A stretch of 64,000 nt of DNA from Bacteroidales bacterium (GCA_036759025.1 DAIOVL010000001.1:123539-187538), one strand, 5' to 3'; shown: positions 1-9,710, counted from the stretch's first letter. Translations and numbers: made by a program. Notes: generated by a model not told the origin, from the letters alone.

Positions 1-1271
1 GAGAGCCTTATCCATCCGGGTTTGAGTGAAAGATCACCGGCTTCAATCATGTCGGTTATCTCCTGCGATTGCTTCAACCCTACGTCAAGCAGAAAATGTC
101 CATAGGTGCCTGCACAGGAACAGCCACCTCTGGTCTGTATCCCATACCTGTCGTTGAGAAGTTTGGTCAGAAGGTTATGGTGTATGTTGTCGGCATAAAA
201 CGAGATTACTCCAAGCCTGTCGCGTATGTTGGATGCCAGGATATGAAGACCTTCAATCTTTTCAAGTTCATTGAAGGCAATGCTTATAAGTTCCTTTTCA
301 CGCTGGTGAATTTTATCCGTTCCCATTTTCTCCTTAAGCCTTACTGCGAGGGCTGCCCTTATTCCCTGAAGAAATCCCGGTGTGCCTCCGTCTTCTTTTA
401 CTTCAATATCGCTGATATAGCTGTAACCACCCCAGCGGTTCGTCCATTTTACAGTCCCCCCACCCGGAGTATCAGGAGTCTGGTTTTTGTATAATTTCTT
501 ACTGAAAATCAGAACGCCCGCACTGCCCGGACCTCCCAGAAATTTATGCGGGGAGAAGAATATTGCATCCAGTTGCCTCATGCTGTCAGCCGGATGCATA
601 TCTATGTCTACATAGGGAGCTGAAGCAGCAAAATCGACAAAGCAAAATCCATTGTGCCTGTGCATAATTTCTGCCAGTTCATAGTAGGGGGGGAAATATC
701 CCGTCACATTCGAACATGCAGAAAAAGAGCCGATGAGAAGAGGCCTGTCAGTATATTTTACGATCTCCCGCCTGAGAGAATCAGGATTGACTGACAGATC
801 GGCATTTGGTTCCAGTACCACGACATCTGCCAGGGTCTCGAACCATGAGGTATGATTTGAATGGTGTTCCGTATGAGTGATGAAGACCACAGGCCTGTTT
901 TTGTTTGGTATATCCTTGCATTTCAGGTATTTATCTGTGGTGAAAGCACAATAATGGAGAGCCTGCTCAGGAACCTTAAGTCCGATAATCCGTTGAAGCT
1001 TGGCTATAGCCGATGTCATACCTGTCCCTGTGAAGAGCAGGACATCGTCATCACCGGCATTTACGTGTTTTTTTACTATTTTCTGGGCATAATGGTAGGC
1101 AGAAGTCATGGCAACACCTGTAGCTGAGGATTCGGAATGTGTGTTGCCAACCATGGCACCTACTTCATCCGATATTATCTTCTCTATAGGGCCATAAAGT
1201 CTTCCACTGGCTATCCAGTCGGCATATACCAGCTTCTTTGATCCGTCTGGTGTTATAATTTCCTTGTCCAC
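1..1271 (-). CDS. Class V aminotransferase / cysteine desulfurase-like PLP enzyme (3' end leaves the window; start uncertain)
   Basis: It is absent from the ORF track because the stop lies beyond position 1. Manual reverse translation (frame open 3..1358) gives ...GSFSACSNVTGY...FFSPHKFLGGPGSAGVL...GIQTRGGCSCAG..., the class V fold-type I pattern with the PLP lysine in SPHK. The first canonical in-frame start is GTG 1271..1269. The ATG at 1323..1321 is +1 out of frame. Confidence 0.75.
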   Translation of the reverse strand, partial: MDKEIITPDGSKKLVYADWIASGRLYGPIEKIISDEVGAMVGNTHSESSATGVAMTSAYHYAQKIVKKHVNAGDDDVLLFTGTGMTSAIAKLQRIIGLKVPEQALHYCAFTTDKYLKCKDIPNKNRPVVFITHTEHHSNHTSWFETLADVVVLEPNADLSVNPDSLRREIVKYTDRPLLIGSFSACSNVTGYFPPYYELAEIMHRHNGFCFVDFAASAPYVDIDMHPADSMRQLDAIFFSPHKFLGGPGSAGVLIFSKKLYKNQTPDTPGGGTVKWTNRWGGYSYISDIEVKEDGGTPGFLQGIRAALAVRLKEKMGTDKIHQREKELISIAFNELEKIEGLHILASNIRDRLGVISFYADNIHHNLLTKLLNDRYGIQTRGGCSCAGTYGHFLLDVGLKQSQEITDMIEAGDLSLKPGWIRL

Positions 1272-1335
1272 ACCAACGATATTTTTACGGAATCCTTCAA
1301 AATATTTTTCCAGGTCCTGCATAGGAATAATATGT

Positions 1336-1355
1336 TTTTACCTGCCGGTAAAAAT
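1336..1355 (-). terminator. Weak AT-rich hairpin (TTTTTACC-tgcc-GGTAAAAA) after the DsrE-like gene
   Basis: A perfect 8-bp inverted repeat with a 4-nt loop lies between the DsrE-like stop (1439) and the aminotransferase start region. The stem is AT-rich, so function is uncertain. Confidence 0.3.
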
Positions 1356-1438
1356 AATCATTCCATCCGATCCTGAAACGAAATCCGGAAGATTCCTTTA
1401 TGTCGCAGCGGGATCGTAACTGTTAAATAATTAACATG

Positions 1439-1936
1439 TCAGGTGAATATAATATGTGACCCGACACCTCCGGCATGTTCATAAAACTCACCTACTGTAA
1501 GGATACCGCTGACATGTTCTGACAGATCCTCTTTTTTAAACTTGAACATATCCATAGCCAGCTTGCAGGCATAAATTTTTCCGCCTCCTGCTGTTATCAG
1601 GTCGAGAAATTCACTTACAGGGGGGATGTCAAGTTTTTCCATTTCTCCTTTCATCATCCGGGAAGTGAATGCTTCCATTCCGGGAATTATTCCAAGCAAT
1701 GTCGGCATCCTCATCCCTCCCGGAAGTCTTAGTGCAGGATTGCCAACGACGGCTGTGTGCAGTTTGTCCATCCTGCTTTTTACTATTGCATCAAGACCGA
1801 AGAAGGTAAAAAACAGATTTGTGGTTATGCCTTCCATAACAGCTCCATTGCCCATCACCAGAGTAGCATATACATCTTCGACGGCACCTTTGGCGCATAT
1901 GATGTTTACTTTTTTAACCGGATTATCCTGTTCCAT
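1439..1936 (-). CDS. DsrE/DsrF-like (COG2210 peroxiredoxin-like) sulfur-transfer family protein
   Basis: ORF 1439..1966. The internal start MEQDNPVKKVNIICAKG avoids overlap with the upstream gene. It shows the DsrE-like fold pattern, with the conserved Cys in KIYACKLAMDMF. Confidence 0.7.
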   Translation of the reverse strand: MEQDNPVKKVNIICAKGAVEDVYATLVMGNGAVMEGITTNLFFTFFGLDAIVKSRMDKLHTAVVGNPALRLPGGMRMPTLLGIIPGMEAFTSRMMKGEMEKLDIPPVSEFLDLITAGGGKIYACKLAMDMFKFKKEDLSEHVSGILTVGEFYEHAGGVGSHIIFT

Positions 1937-1956
1937 ATTGTCTTTTTTTTTGGGGG

Positions 1957-2268
1957 TTAGACACAACTTGCAGGCTTTGGTATACCTGCAATTTTAGTAG
2001 CTTTTTTAAGAGGGGCACCGGGGAAAAGCTGATAGAATGTTTTTACATCAATGATCCCTGAATGATTAATGCTTCTGATGGAAAGAGCATCGCCGTTGTT
2101 ATGACGGTTGCGTAAAAATTCAATTACATCAAAATGCTGATCGGTAAGGCTGATACCCTCTTCCTTTGCTATTTCGATCGCGATTTCCCTGGTCCATTGT
2201 GACGGGGTGGTGAAATACCCTTCTTCGTTGACATCCACAGTGATGCCTGCATAAGTTTTTTGTGCCAT
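1957..2268 (-). CDS. TusE/DsrC family sulfur-relay protein (single C-terminal Cys type)
   Basis: The 103-aa protein ends in ...IAGIPKPASCV, the hallmark flexible C-terminal arm of DsrC/TusE. There is no Cys at -11 (Thr instead), so it is TusE-like rather than a bona fide two-Cys DsrC. Confidence 0.8.
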   Translation of the reverse strand: MAQKTYAGITVDVNEEGYFTTPSQWTREIAIEIAKEEGISLTDQHFDVIEFLRNRHNNGDALSIRSINHSGIIDVKTFYQLFPGAPLKKATKIAGIPKPASCV

Positions 2269-2302
2269 AATATGTCTGATTATTAAATTTTAATATAATT
2301 TG

Positions 2303-2965
2303 TTACTGTTTTGCTGTATTTTTAATAAAAGCCATCAAAAATCCGATACTTCTTTTAACCTCCGGCTTGTTGAGTTCCCTTATCATTTTCCATACCGAAT
2401 ATTCTTCAATATCTTCCGGACTGATATCTCTTAGTGAGACAACAGCACTGTTAATTTTGTTCAATACCTTTGGATCTCCAAGGATCATTATGGTGTCAAT
2501 TACCGGGATCAGATTTTCTGAAAGGTTTTTAATTTCCTCCATGGAATATCTTGACAACAGATTGTCGAAGGTTTTTCCTATCTGCAGGAATAATTCAAAG
2601 TATCCCTTATTTTCCAGTTCGTGGAATTTATGAACACCATCTATCCCAATCTGTTTTATAACAGGAGTTATGTCTTTGGCCAGATCGTTTATACTCTCTA
2701 TCGTCTCCATAACCATGCCGAGGCTGCGGATATTCCTTATCAACCTGATAGTAAGGCAACGGAGGGCTTCAGTGTCAAGTTCCACACCTGCGTGGTCAAG
2801 TTCTGTAACCATATTCCTGAAAGCATCCTTTCCCACTACAGCAAGATCGTCGACGAGGTCATTGACCGCTTCGCGGTTTTGCCTCTGAATCGATATATCT
2901 TCCAGGATAAGATCAAGTTTCCTGTTTATCTCATCAATCTGGTTTTGTACCTGTTTTTCTGCCAT
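2303..2965 (-). CDS. DUF1641 domain protein (usual partner of SQR-like flavoproteins)
   Basis: The 220-aa helical protein has its start 1 nt after the stop of the upstream flavoprotein gene. Its length and context fit DUF1641 proteins. Confidence 0.6.
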   Translation of the reverse strand: MAEKQVQNQIDEINRKLDLILEDISIQRQNREAVNDLVDDLAVVGKDAFRNMVTELDHAGVELDTEALRCLTIRLIRNIRSLGMVMETIESINDLAKDITPVIKQIGIDGVHKFHELENKGYFELFLQIGKTFDNLLSRYSMEEIKNLSENLIPVIDTIMILGDPKVLNKINSAVVSLRDISPEDIEEYSVWKMIRELNKPEVKRSIGFLMAFIKNTAKQ

Positions 2966-2966
2966 A

Positions 2967-4199
2967 TCAATCGGTCCTTTTTCCTGCCATAGTCATATGT
3001 GTCTCAATAGGCATCTCTTTTCCCTTAAGGAGAATATGCCAGTAAATCCAACGGAAAAGCAACTTTCCGTAATGGTTGATCCTGCTTTCTTTCAGGAGGC
3101 TGAATGGTCCCAGGCCGGGGAAAGGGAAATATCCGGGCAATGGTTCTGTGTCGTAGTTGAAATCAATCAGGGCTCCCTTTCCGTGGCCGGTCTCTATGTA
3201 GCAGTTGGAATGACCGTCAAATTTGCCCGTGAAAGGTCTGTCCTCGATATAGCACATAAGGTTCTCTGTAAGTATATCAGCCTGGAAGTGAACCACAGAT
3301 CCTGCTTTTGATGTCGGGAAATTACCTGCATCACCTATTACGAAGATATTGTCCTTTACAACCGACTGAAGAGTGAATTTATCTGCTCTGGCAAATCCAA
3401 ATTCATCTCCCAGACCACTGTCGAGAATGACAGGATCCCCGCTGTGCAGAGGTATTGTAATAAGACAGTCAAAGGGAATCTCTCTTCCCCCGTAATCCTT
3501 TATTACCTTGTTACTGTTGTCAACTTCTGCAAGGAAAAAGTCGGTTACCATTTCGATATTCTTGTTTTCAAGAAGACTGCCCAGTAATTTTGACGACCGG
3601 GGTTTTGTAAACGCTCCCGACAGAGGGGTGACGTAGCTTATCTTAACTTTGTCGCGCATTCCTCTTTCCGTAAAGAAGGCATCTGCATAAAAGGAAAACT
3701 CAAGAGGAGCAACCGGACATTTGATGGGATTATCAGCAATATTAACCACAAGATTCCCTCCTTCCCATGTCTTAAAAAACCTTGCAAGGGACTCTGCTCC
3801 TTCAATTGTGTAGAAATCGAAAATGTTCCTGTACCACAGTTCTCCCTTTAAGCCTGGCGTTTCCTGAGGTATTATCCTTGTGCCGGTTGCAATGATCAGG
3901 ATATCATACCCCAGAACCTCTCCGTTTTCAAGTACGACCCTGTTGTTGTCGTGGTCGATCTTTACTATCTTCATGTAAACTGCATCGACACCTATGGGAA
4001 GAAAATTCTGTTTGGGTTTGGTGACATCATCTCTTTTGTAGTATCCAAAAGGGATAAAAAGGAAGCCCGGCTGGTAATAATGTGTTTTTTCCTGGTCTAC
4101 AACGGTTATTTTCCATTCATCCCTCGCCAGCTCTTTTCTCATTTTGTTCGCCATGATGGTCCCACCAGTACCGGCACCTAATATCAAAAGCTTTTTCAT
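2967..4199 (-). CDS. FAD-dependent pyridine nucleotide-disulfide oxidoreductase, sulfide:quinone oxidoreductase (SQR)-like
   Basis: N-terminal Rossmann motif ILGAGTGGT, a second dinucleotide region IIATGT, the PIKCPVAPLEF motif, and VIGDAGNFPTSKAG near the C-terminal FAD region. Length is 410 aa. Confidence 0.75.
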   Translation of the reverse strand: MKKLLILGAGTGGTIMANKMRKELARDEWKITVVDQEKTHYYQPGFLFIPFGYYKRDDVTKPKQNFLPIGVDAVYMKIVKIDHDNNRVVLENGEVLGYDILIIATGTRIIPQETPGLKGELWYRNIFDFYTIEGAESLARFFKTWEGGNLVVNIADNPIKCPVAPLEFSFYADAFFTERGMRDKVKISYVTPLSGAFTKPRSSKLLGSLLENKNIEMVTDFFLAEVDNSNKVIKDYGGREIPFDCLITIPLHSGDPVILDSGLGDEFGFARADKFTLQSVVKDNIFVIGDAGNFPTSKAGSVVHFQADILTENLMCYIEDRPFTGKFDGHSNCYIETGHGKGALIDFNYDTEPLPGYFPFPGLGPFSLLKESRINHYGKLLFRWIYWHILLKGKEMPIETHMTMAGKRTD

Positions 4200-4385
4200 G
4201 TGGATTTAATATTTAATCTATTCGTAATGTGGTGTAACAAACATAAGTTCACTTTGTTCAAAAAAAATAGTGCAACATGATAAATATAAGAAGTCCTTAA
4301 CATATTTTGTTATAAATTCTGAAAAATGAAAAAATCGTTTATCTTCATCCTCTGAAATTTAACCACTTAAATTATTAGCTATCCT

Positions 4386-4772
4386 ATGAAAAAGATTCTT
4401 GCAGTTTCAATAATGCTGGCCTTGTCAGTAATATATCTGTGTGGTCAGGCAAAACCTGTAAAGAAGGATCCTTCAGGTAAATGGAAATTCGAAGCTCCTT
4501 ATGCTCCTGAAGGCTATACAACCGGAACTATGGACTTTAGTCTGGCCGAAAAGAAATATTCCACGGCAATAATGTTCCCGGGCTCTGACTATAAATTTGC
4601 AGGTGAAAGAGTGAAATTCGCCAATGATACTGTATCATTCGTTGTATATCTTGAAGGAGAAGTTATTTCTATCTCCCTTAAGATGGATGACAATGCAAAA
4701 ATGACCGGAAAGGCAAGTTTCTCCCAGGGTGAGATACCGTTATCGCTTACCCGGCAGCCGGAGAACAAGTAA
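4386..4772 (+). CDS. Secreted hypothetical protein (signal peptide)
   Basis: 128-aa ORF with the N-terminal hydrophobic signal MKKILAVSIMLALSVIYLCGQA. It lies 21 nt upstream of the M1 peptidase gene on the same strand. Confidence 0.5.
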   Translation: MKKILAVSIMLALSVIYLCGQAKPVKKDPSGKWKFEAPYAPEGYTTGTMDFSLAEKKYSTAIMFPGSDYKFAGERVKFANDTVSFVVYLEGEVISISLKMDDNAKMTGKASFSQGEIPLSLTRQPENK

Positions 4773-4793
4773 AAGGTATCTTTATTCTATCAG

Positions 4794-6734
4794 ATGAAAA
4801 AAATAATTCTGACAGCGATGTCACTGATACTTATTTCTCCGGTATCAGAGTCTCAGCTGATAAATAAAGAACCGCTCAGCACCCGCATTACAGGTTACGA
4901 TATTGATGCAAGGCTCGATCCGGAAGAAAAGACAATCGAATGTTCCATGAGCGCATTCTGGGTAAACCAGACTTCTGAAACTGTGCCTGACATTCAGCTT
5001 CATCTTTATATGAATGCCTTTAAAAGTAATAAGTCAACTTTTTATAAAGGCACATCAGAATCAAAGGATAAAACAGTATACGGAAGGATTGATATTTCCT
5101 CGTTCACACTTGCCGATGGAACAGATATTCTTCCATTGATGACATTTATCAGACCTGATGACGGTAATCCCAACGACAGCACCGTAATACAGATAATTCT
5201 GCCTGAACCTGCTGCTCCGGGCGACACAGTAACGGTCAGTATTGATTTCGTGACAAAATTGCCATCAAGGATTCGAAGGACAGGATACAATGGCGATTTT
5301 TTCTTTGTTGCGCAATGGTTTCCAAAATTCGGGGTATATGAACCTGCCGGTATGAGATACAGACTAACTGGAGGCTGGAACTGCCACCAGTTCCACGATC
5401 ATTCCGAGTTTTACTCAAACCATAGCGTCTATAATGTTAAGGCAACAGTTCCGGATAATTTTGTAACCGGTTCGGGAGGCATGGTAATGGACGAGTCGGA
5501 CTGTAGTGAAGATACAGCATTTAAAACGGTGACATGGCGGGCTGAAGATATAGTTGATTTTGCATGGACGGCATGGCCTGGTTATGCTGTCCATACCGAC
5601 CAATGGAATCATGTGAATATTACTCTGTTATCACCTCCTGAAAGGGAAGACCAGGTGGAACGTCAGTTCACTGCCGTGAAAAATGCACTTGATTACTTCA
5701 CTGAAAACACAGGGCCTTATCCATGGCCACATCTGACTTTTGTTGATCCTCCGGCAAAGGGATCAGGTTCAGGCGGGATGGAATATACCACTATCTTTAC
5801 TTCCACTTCTGCAACCGGATTACCCGAATATATTCACATGCCCGAAATGGTGACAGTCCATGAATTCGGACATGCTTACTTTATGGGAATACTGGCAACG
5901 AACGAATTTGAGGATCCCTGGATGGATGAAGGGATAAATTCTTTTTATGAAGCCAGGATCATGGACCATTTCTGGGGAGAGAATTCAGGTATGCTTGATC
6001 ATCGCTTTCTGAAAGTGTCAGATAAGATCATTGCGCGGTCATCATACGTATATTCCCCTAACCGCCAGGTTATAACCAACAGGGAATATTCATGGAACTA
6101 TCCCGCCGGAACCTACTCAATGATGTCCTACCACAAGGCTTCGGTTATCCTCTTTACCATGATGGGAATAGTTGGTGAAGAAACTACTGACAATATTTTC
6201 AGGGAGTATTACAAAAGATGGGCATTTAAACATCCTGCCCCTCAGGATTTCTTCAATGTTGTAAATGATGTGGTGAAACAGGATCATGGAGACAGGTTCG
6301 GACAGGACATGAACTGGTTCTTTGACCAGACACTCTACGGTACCGGCATATGTGACTATAAAGCTGCAGGAATAAGCAATGTGAAACAGGATACATCCCA
6401 GAACTTTAACCCAACTACTGATTCACTTTATAATTGTGTGGTGGAGCTTCAAAGACTGGGAGAGATAATGCTTCCCGTTGAGGTTCTGGTACACTTTGAC
6501 GACGGGAGGGAAGTTATGCAATCGTGGGATGGTAAAGACAGGTACAAATCTCTTTCTCTGCCAAGCAACACCATGGTAAAATGGGTGAAAATAGACCCGG
6601 AATATAAGATCCTGATGGACGTGAATTTCGTCAATAACTCATACTCTGATGAACCTGACCGTGTTCCGGTAAGACGTTTTATCAATAAATTCATGTCTTT
6701 TCTTCAATTTTTCTCAGCTTCACTGATCTTATAA
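4794..6734 (+). CDS. M1 family (gluzincin) metallopeptidase, secreted
   Basis: Zinc motif HEFGHAYF followed by WMDEG (HExxH-x18-E), plus an N-terminal signal peptide. Length is 646 aa. Confidence 0.85.
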   Translation: MKKIILTAMSLILISPVSESQLINKEPLSTRITGYDIDARLDPEEKTIECSMSAFWVNQTSETVPDIQLHLYMNAFKSNKSTFYKGTSESKDKTVYGRIDISSFTLADGTDILPLMTFIRPDDGNPNDSTVIQIILPEPAAPGDTVTVSIDFVTKLPSRIRRTGYNGDFFFVAQWFPKFGVYEPAGMRYRLTGGWNCHQFHDHSEFYSNHSVYNVKATVPDNFVTGSGGMVMDESDCSEDTAFKTVTWRAEDIVDFAWTAWPGYAVHTDQWNHVNITLLSPPEREDQVERQFTAVKNALDYFTENTGPYPWPHLTFVDPPAKGSGSGGMEYTTIFTSTSATGLPEYIHMPEMVTVHEFGHAYFMGILATNEFEDPWMDEGINSFYEARIMDHFWGENSGMLDHRFLKVSDKIIARSSYVYSPNRQVITNREYSWNYPAGTYSMMSYHKASVILFTMMGIVGEETTDNIFREYYKRWAFKHPAPQDFFNVVNDVVKQDHGDRFGQDMNWFFDQTLYGTGICDYKAAGISNVKQDTSQNFNPTTDSLYNCVVELQRLGEIMLPVEVLVHFDDGREVMQSWDGKDRYKSLSLPSNTMVKWVKIDPEYKILMDVNFVNNSYSDEPDRVPVRRFINKFMSFLQFFSASLIL

Positions 6735-6746
6735 AACTTATCGGCA

Positions 6747-7619
6747 ATGAAAATATTCAAAGCAATAGCTTCCGGGTTCTGCAGGACTTTGAAAGTATGG
6801 AAGGGGATACTTCTGGTTTGGCTTGGATCTCTTCTGACAGTCTCAATAATTGCAATACCCATGAGAAGCTTCATGAAAGCCGGCTTCGGTAAAAGCATGG
6901 TAACCGAACGTCTTGCTGATGGTATTGACATGGCAGCCTTCGGTGATCTGGGTGACGCATTCTGGAATATGGCTGCTTCATTTCCTTCATCATTTTTATT
7001 ACTGATACTGGTCGGATTTATCCTGGGGGCTTTCCTGACGGGAGGAATCTTCGATGCCCTGAAAAGTCCGTTAAGCCGGTTTTCGGGTGCTTCCTTCTTC
7101 AGAGCCTGTGCAGCAAATTTCTGGCCATTTCTGGTGATATCATTGTTATGCAGCCTTATTATTCTTTTTCTTGGATTGTTCGTTGTCGCCCTGCCCTTCT
7201 CTCTGGTCAGAGGTATGCAGACTCAATCTGAGACCGGACCTGCATCTTTTGTGATGATCTCAGGGTTGATATTCCTGTTAATTGCAGCCATTATGGTAAT
7301 GGTTGCTGATTATGCCAGGGCGTGGCAGGCTGCCAGCGACAGAAGATCATGCTTCAAAGCTCTCGGATTTGGTTTTTCAAGAACCTTCCGTACCTTTCTG
7401 TCATCATTTCCGTTGATTGTATTAATGATTATTATTCAGTTTGTTGCAGGTTTTGTCATCCTCAGGGTGCTGGCAGTATGGAAACCTGATACAGGAGCCG
7501 GCGTCTTCCTGCTATTCATTATTTCACAGGTGCTGATTTACCTGAAAACCGGTATAAGGGTATGGAGACAGGGAAGTGTAACTGCACTGAAGGAAATAAA
7601 CGACAACAAAGCTTTATAA
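6747..7619 (+). CDS. Polytopic membrane protein of unknown function
   Basis: 290 aa with about six long hydrophobic segments. It starts 12 nt after the M1 peptidase stop. Confidence 0.55.
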   Translation: MKIFKAIASGFCRTLKVWKGILLVWLGSLLTVSIIAIPMRSFMKAGFGKSMVTERLADGIDMAAFGDLGDAFWNMAASFPSSFLLLILVGFILGAFLTGGIFDALKSPLSRFSGASFFRACAANFWPFLVISLLCSLIILFLGLFVVALPFSLVRGMQTQSETGPASFVMISGLIFLLIAAIMVMVADYARAWQAASDRRSCFKALGFGFSRTFRTFLSSFPLIVLMIIIQFVAGFVILRVLAVWKPDTGAGVFLLFIISQVLIYLKTGIRVWRQGSVTALKEINDNKAL

Positions 7620-7679
7620 AAAAACTGATAATATTCCGGGGGTTTACTTAATCACAATAGCACAATATCAGTTAATGCA

Positions 7680-9710
7680 TTAGCGGTGTGCAAATCCGGC
7701 CTGATCACCGGCTTTGAAACTCACTTCTATACCTGCGTAAAACAATCTGCCGAAATCCGGGTATCCGTTTACGGTGGAATATTTCAGATTGGTAAGGTTC
7801 TTTGCTTTAGCGAAAATCCTGACAGGCAATTTCCACTTTGTCGTATAACCTCCGTTAAGGTCAAAGGTTAGGAAATCTCCCAGAGGCTGAGGCCCGTCTT
7901 CAGGAGCCACAAACCTGTCATTTTCGAATTCAGAGACATATTTGAAAAAAACATTCAGATCGAAACCCCTGTTCTCCATGTAAAGTCCTCCTCCGGCGAT
8001 CCAGACAGGATTTTCCCTGTTTGTTACCATTGCGCCGTCTTCTGCCATTTTTGATCTCATGGCTGTGAAATTGAAAAAGGGTCTTATGAAATTAAGAAAT
8101 TCAGGTGCTGTGAAATCGAATTCCACTCCCAACTGTTGCTGATCGCGGTTAAGATACAGCTCTCTCCTGATGTTGGTTTCTGGATCGAGGTAGGTGGTTC
8201 CGCTGAGAGCGATTGCATTCTTCTGGATAACGCTGAAAAGGGTTGTCGTCAATTTTGCTCCCCACGATGTCCTTTTCACGGCTCCCAGATCAAGTTTTAA
8301 ACGGGTTTCGTTCAGCGGAACTGTCATATCTTCTGTTAGTGTCCCCTGTCTGGGCTTTACCTGCCCTGCTGCCGAATTAAAATGCAGTGAAAGATTTTCG
8401 TATATTTCCCATGATGCTCCAAGAGTTCCCTGAACAACAGCCGGCTCCCATTCGTCTTCGACAGGCGTCACTGTTTTGAACTGTGCTCCATCACCCTCTA
8501 TGTTGAAGGCGCCATAATCACGCAGGTAAGTCTTTGTCCATCTGAATCCCGCATCGAGGGTTACTGATCCAATCCGGTGTTCATCGGTAATGACAGCCGA
8601 ATATGTCTCAGTATCGCATCTTTTGCCCGTATAAAAACGTTTCCCGTTTGGAGCTATCCACCTGCTGTACAAACCACCGAATCTGATTACATTCGATGAT
8701 GAAAGAGATAGTGACTGAAGATAATTTACACCAAATTCATAATCTTTTTCACTCGATTCTGTTTCGAGTACTTCATCGTGAAAGAGAGGATTGCGGTGAG
8801 CAAAGAATATCTGCAATTCAGAGGATGCTTTTTCTCCCGGGCGGTATCTGGCTTTAATATTTGACAGCACTGCCCTGTAAGGATCGAAGTTTTGAATCAT
8901 GTTCAGATATTTCGTGCTGGCCGGCGCTTCGGCAAGGCGCATCTCCCTTTCACCATCAAGGTAATAAATACTCGAACTGAAAGTCAGTTTGTTGGTTAAC
9001 ATCCAGTTGAAGCGTCCATACACCGTTGCCATCTGTTCATATGCATGCTTTCCGGCAGGACCTTCTGTTCTGTCAAAACCGGCCCCTGCAGCATAATTGA
9101 AATTTTTACCACCATCACCAGCGGAAATATGGGTGTGCAATGTGTTGAACGACCCGTATTCAGATTGTATCCTTGCTTCAAAGTCCTCATATTCACGGGT
9201 TTTTACATTTATCAGTCCGGAGAGACCCGACAATCCTGTGAGCAAGGCTGCACTCGATCTGATTACTTCAATTTCTTCAATGTCTGAAGCCTGAAAAAAA
9301 TACGGAAGTTCCTCAAATTCCTTCTGCCACACTCCGTTTATAGCATAGTCGGGATATGGATATTTTTGACCCCGCACCGAGAAAAATTGTTTCACCTGCC
9401 GGCCCCTCGTCTCGGTAAGGCCCCCCGGAAAATAATTCATTGCCTCGATCAGAGTTGAAGCTCCCTGTTTTTTTATATCTGTTTCACTAATGACGTTAAT
9501 TGCAGGAGCTATAGACTGAGGCTCTCCGGAAGGTTTTTCATGTATCGTTATATACCAGGGCTGAGGAATTATCCTTACTGTATCTATGTCAATAACCTGT
9601 CCGGCCAGATTTCCTGAGATCATTAAGAAACAGAAAGAAGCAGTTAACAATCTGACATTATAACATAAGTATCTGAAAAATCCTGAGAATATATTTAGTG
9701 GTCCAGACAT
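7680..9710 (-). CDS. TonB-dependent receptor
   Basis: Plug-domain pattern (INVISETDIKKQGASTLIEAMNYFPGG ... IEVIRSSAALLTG) and a long beta-barrel ending in an aromatic-rich C-terminus. The ORF extends to 9788, but the signal-peptide-like start MSGPLNIF... is at 9710. Confidence 0.8.
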   Translation of the reverse strand: MSGPLNIFSGFFRYLCYNVRLLTASFCFLMISGNLAGQVIDIDTVRIIPQPWYITIHEKPSGEPQSIAPAINVISETDIKKQGASTLIEAMNYFPGGLTETRGRQVKQFFSVRGQKYPYPDYAINGVWQKEFEELPYFFQASDIEEIEVIRSSAALLTGLSGLSGLINVKTREYEDFEARIQSEYGSFNTLHTHISAGDGGKNFNYAAGAGFDRTEGPAGKHAYEQMATVYGRFNWMLTNKLTFSSSIYYLDGEREMRLAEAPASTKYLNMIQNFDPYRAVLSNIKARYRPGEKASSELQIFFAHRNPLFHDEVLETESSEKDYEFGVNYLQSLSLSSSNVIRFGGLYSRWIAPNGKRFYTGKRCDTETYSAVITDEHRIGSVTLDAGFRWTKTYLRDYGAFNIEGDGAQFKTVTPVEDEWEPAVVQGTLGASWEIYENLSLHFNSAAGQVKPRQGTLTEDMTVPLNETRLKLDLGAVKRTSWGAKLTTTLFSVIQKNAIALSGTTYLDPETNIRRELYLNRDQQQLGVEFDFTAPEFLNFIRPFFNFTAMRSKMAEDGAMVTNRENPVWIAGGGLYMENRGFDLNVFFKYVSEFENDRFVAPEDGPQPLGDFLTFDLNGGYTTKWKLPVRIFAKAKNLTNLKYSTVNGYPDFGRLFYAGIEVSFKAGDQAGFAHR

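Noticed and set aside
69-1127. Plus-strand ORFs 69..494 and 861..1127
   Set aside because: They lie antisense to the clearly conserved class V aminotransferase frame, have low-complexity or odd composition and show no recognisable motifs. They are shadow ORFs.
1321-1323. ATG that looks like the aminotransferase start codon
   Set aside because: It is +1 out of frame with the conserved protein and terminates after 8 codons. It is kept as a finding (possible indel), not as the annotated start.
1626-1997. Plus-strand ORFs 1626..1997 and 1757..1960
   Set aside because: They are antisense to the DsrE-like gene, whose product has a recognisable fold pattern. They are shadow ORFs.
4232-4252. Rex-like imperfect inverted repeat GTGTAAC-N7-AGTTCAC upstream of the SQR-like gene
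   Set aside because: The half-sites are not true reverse complements and the spacing differs from the 18-bp Rex box. It is indistinguishable from chance in an AT-rich spacer.
7620-7679. Possible bidirectional terminator between the convergent membrane-protein and TonB-receptor genes
   Set aside because: Only a 7-bp stem (ACTGATA/TATCAGT) with a 36-nt loop, which is not a credible intrinsic terminator.
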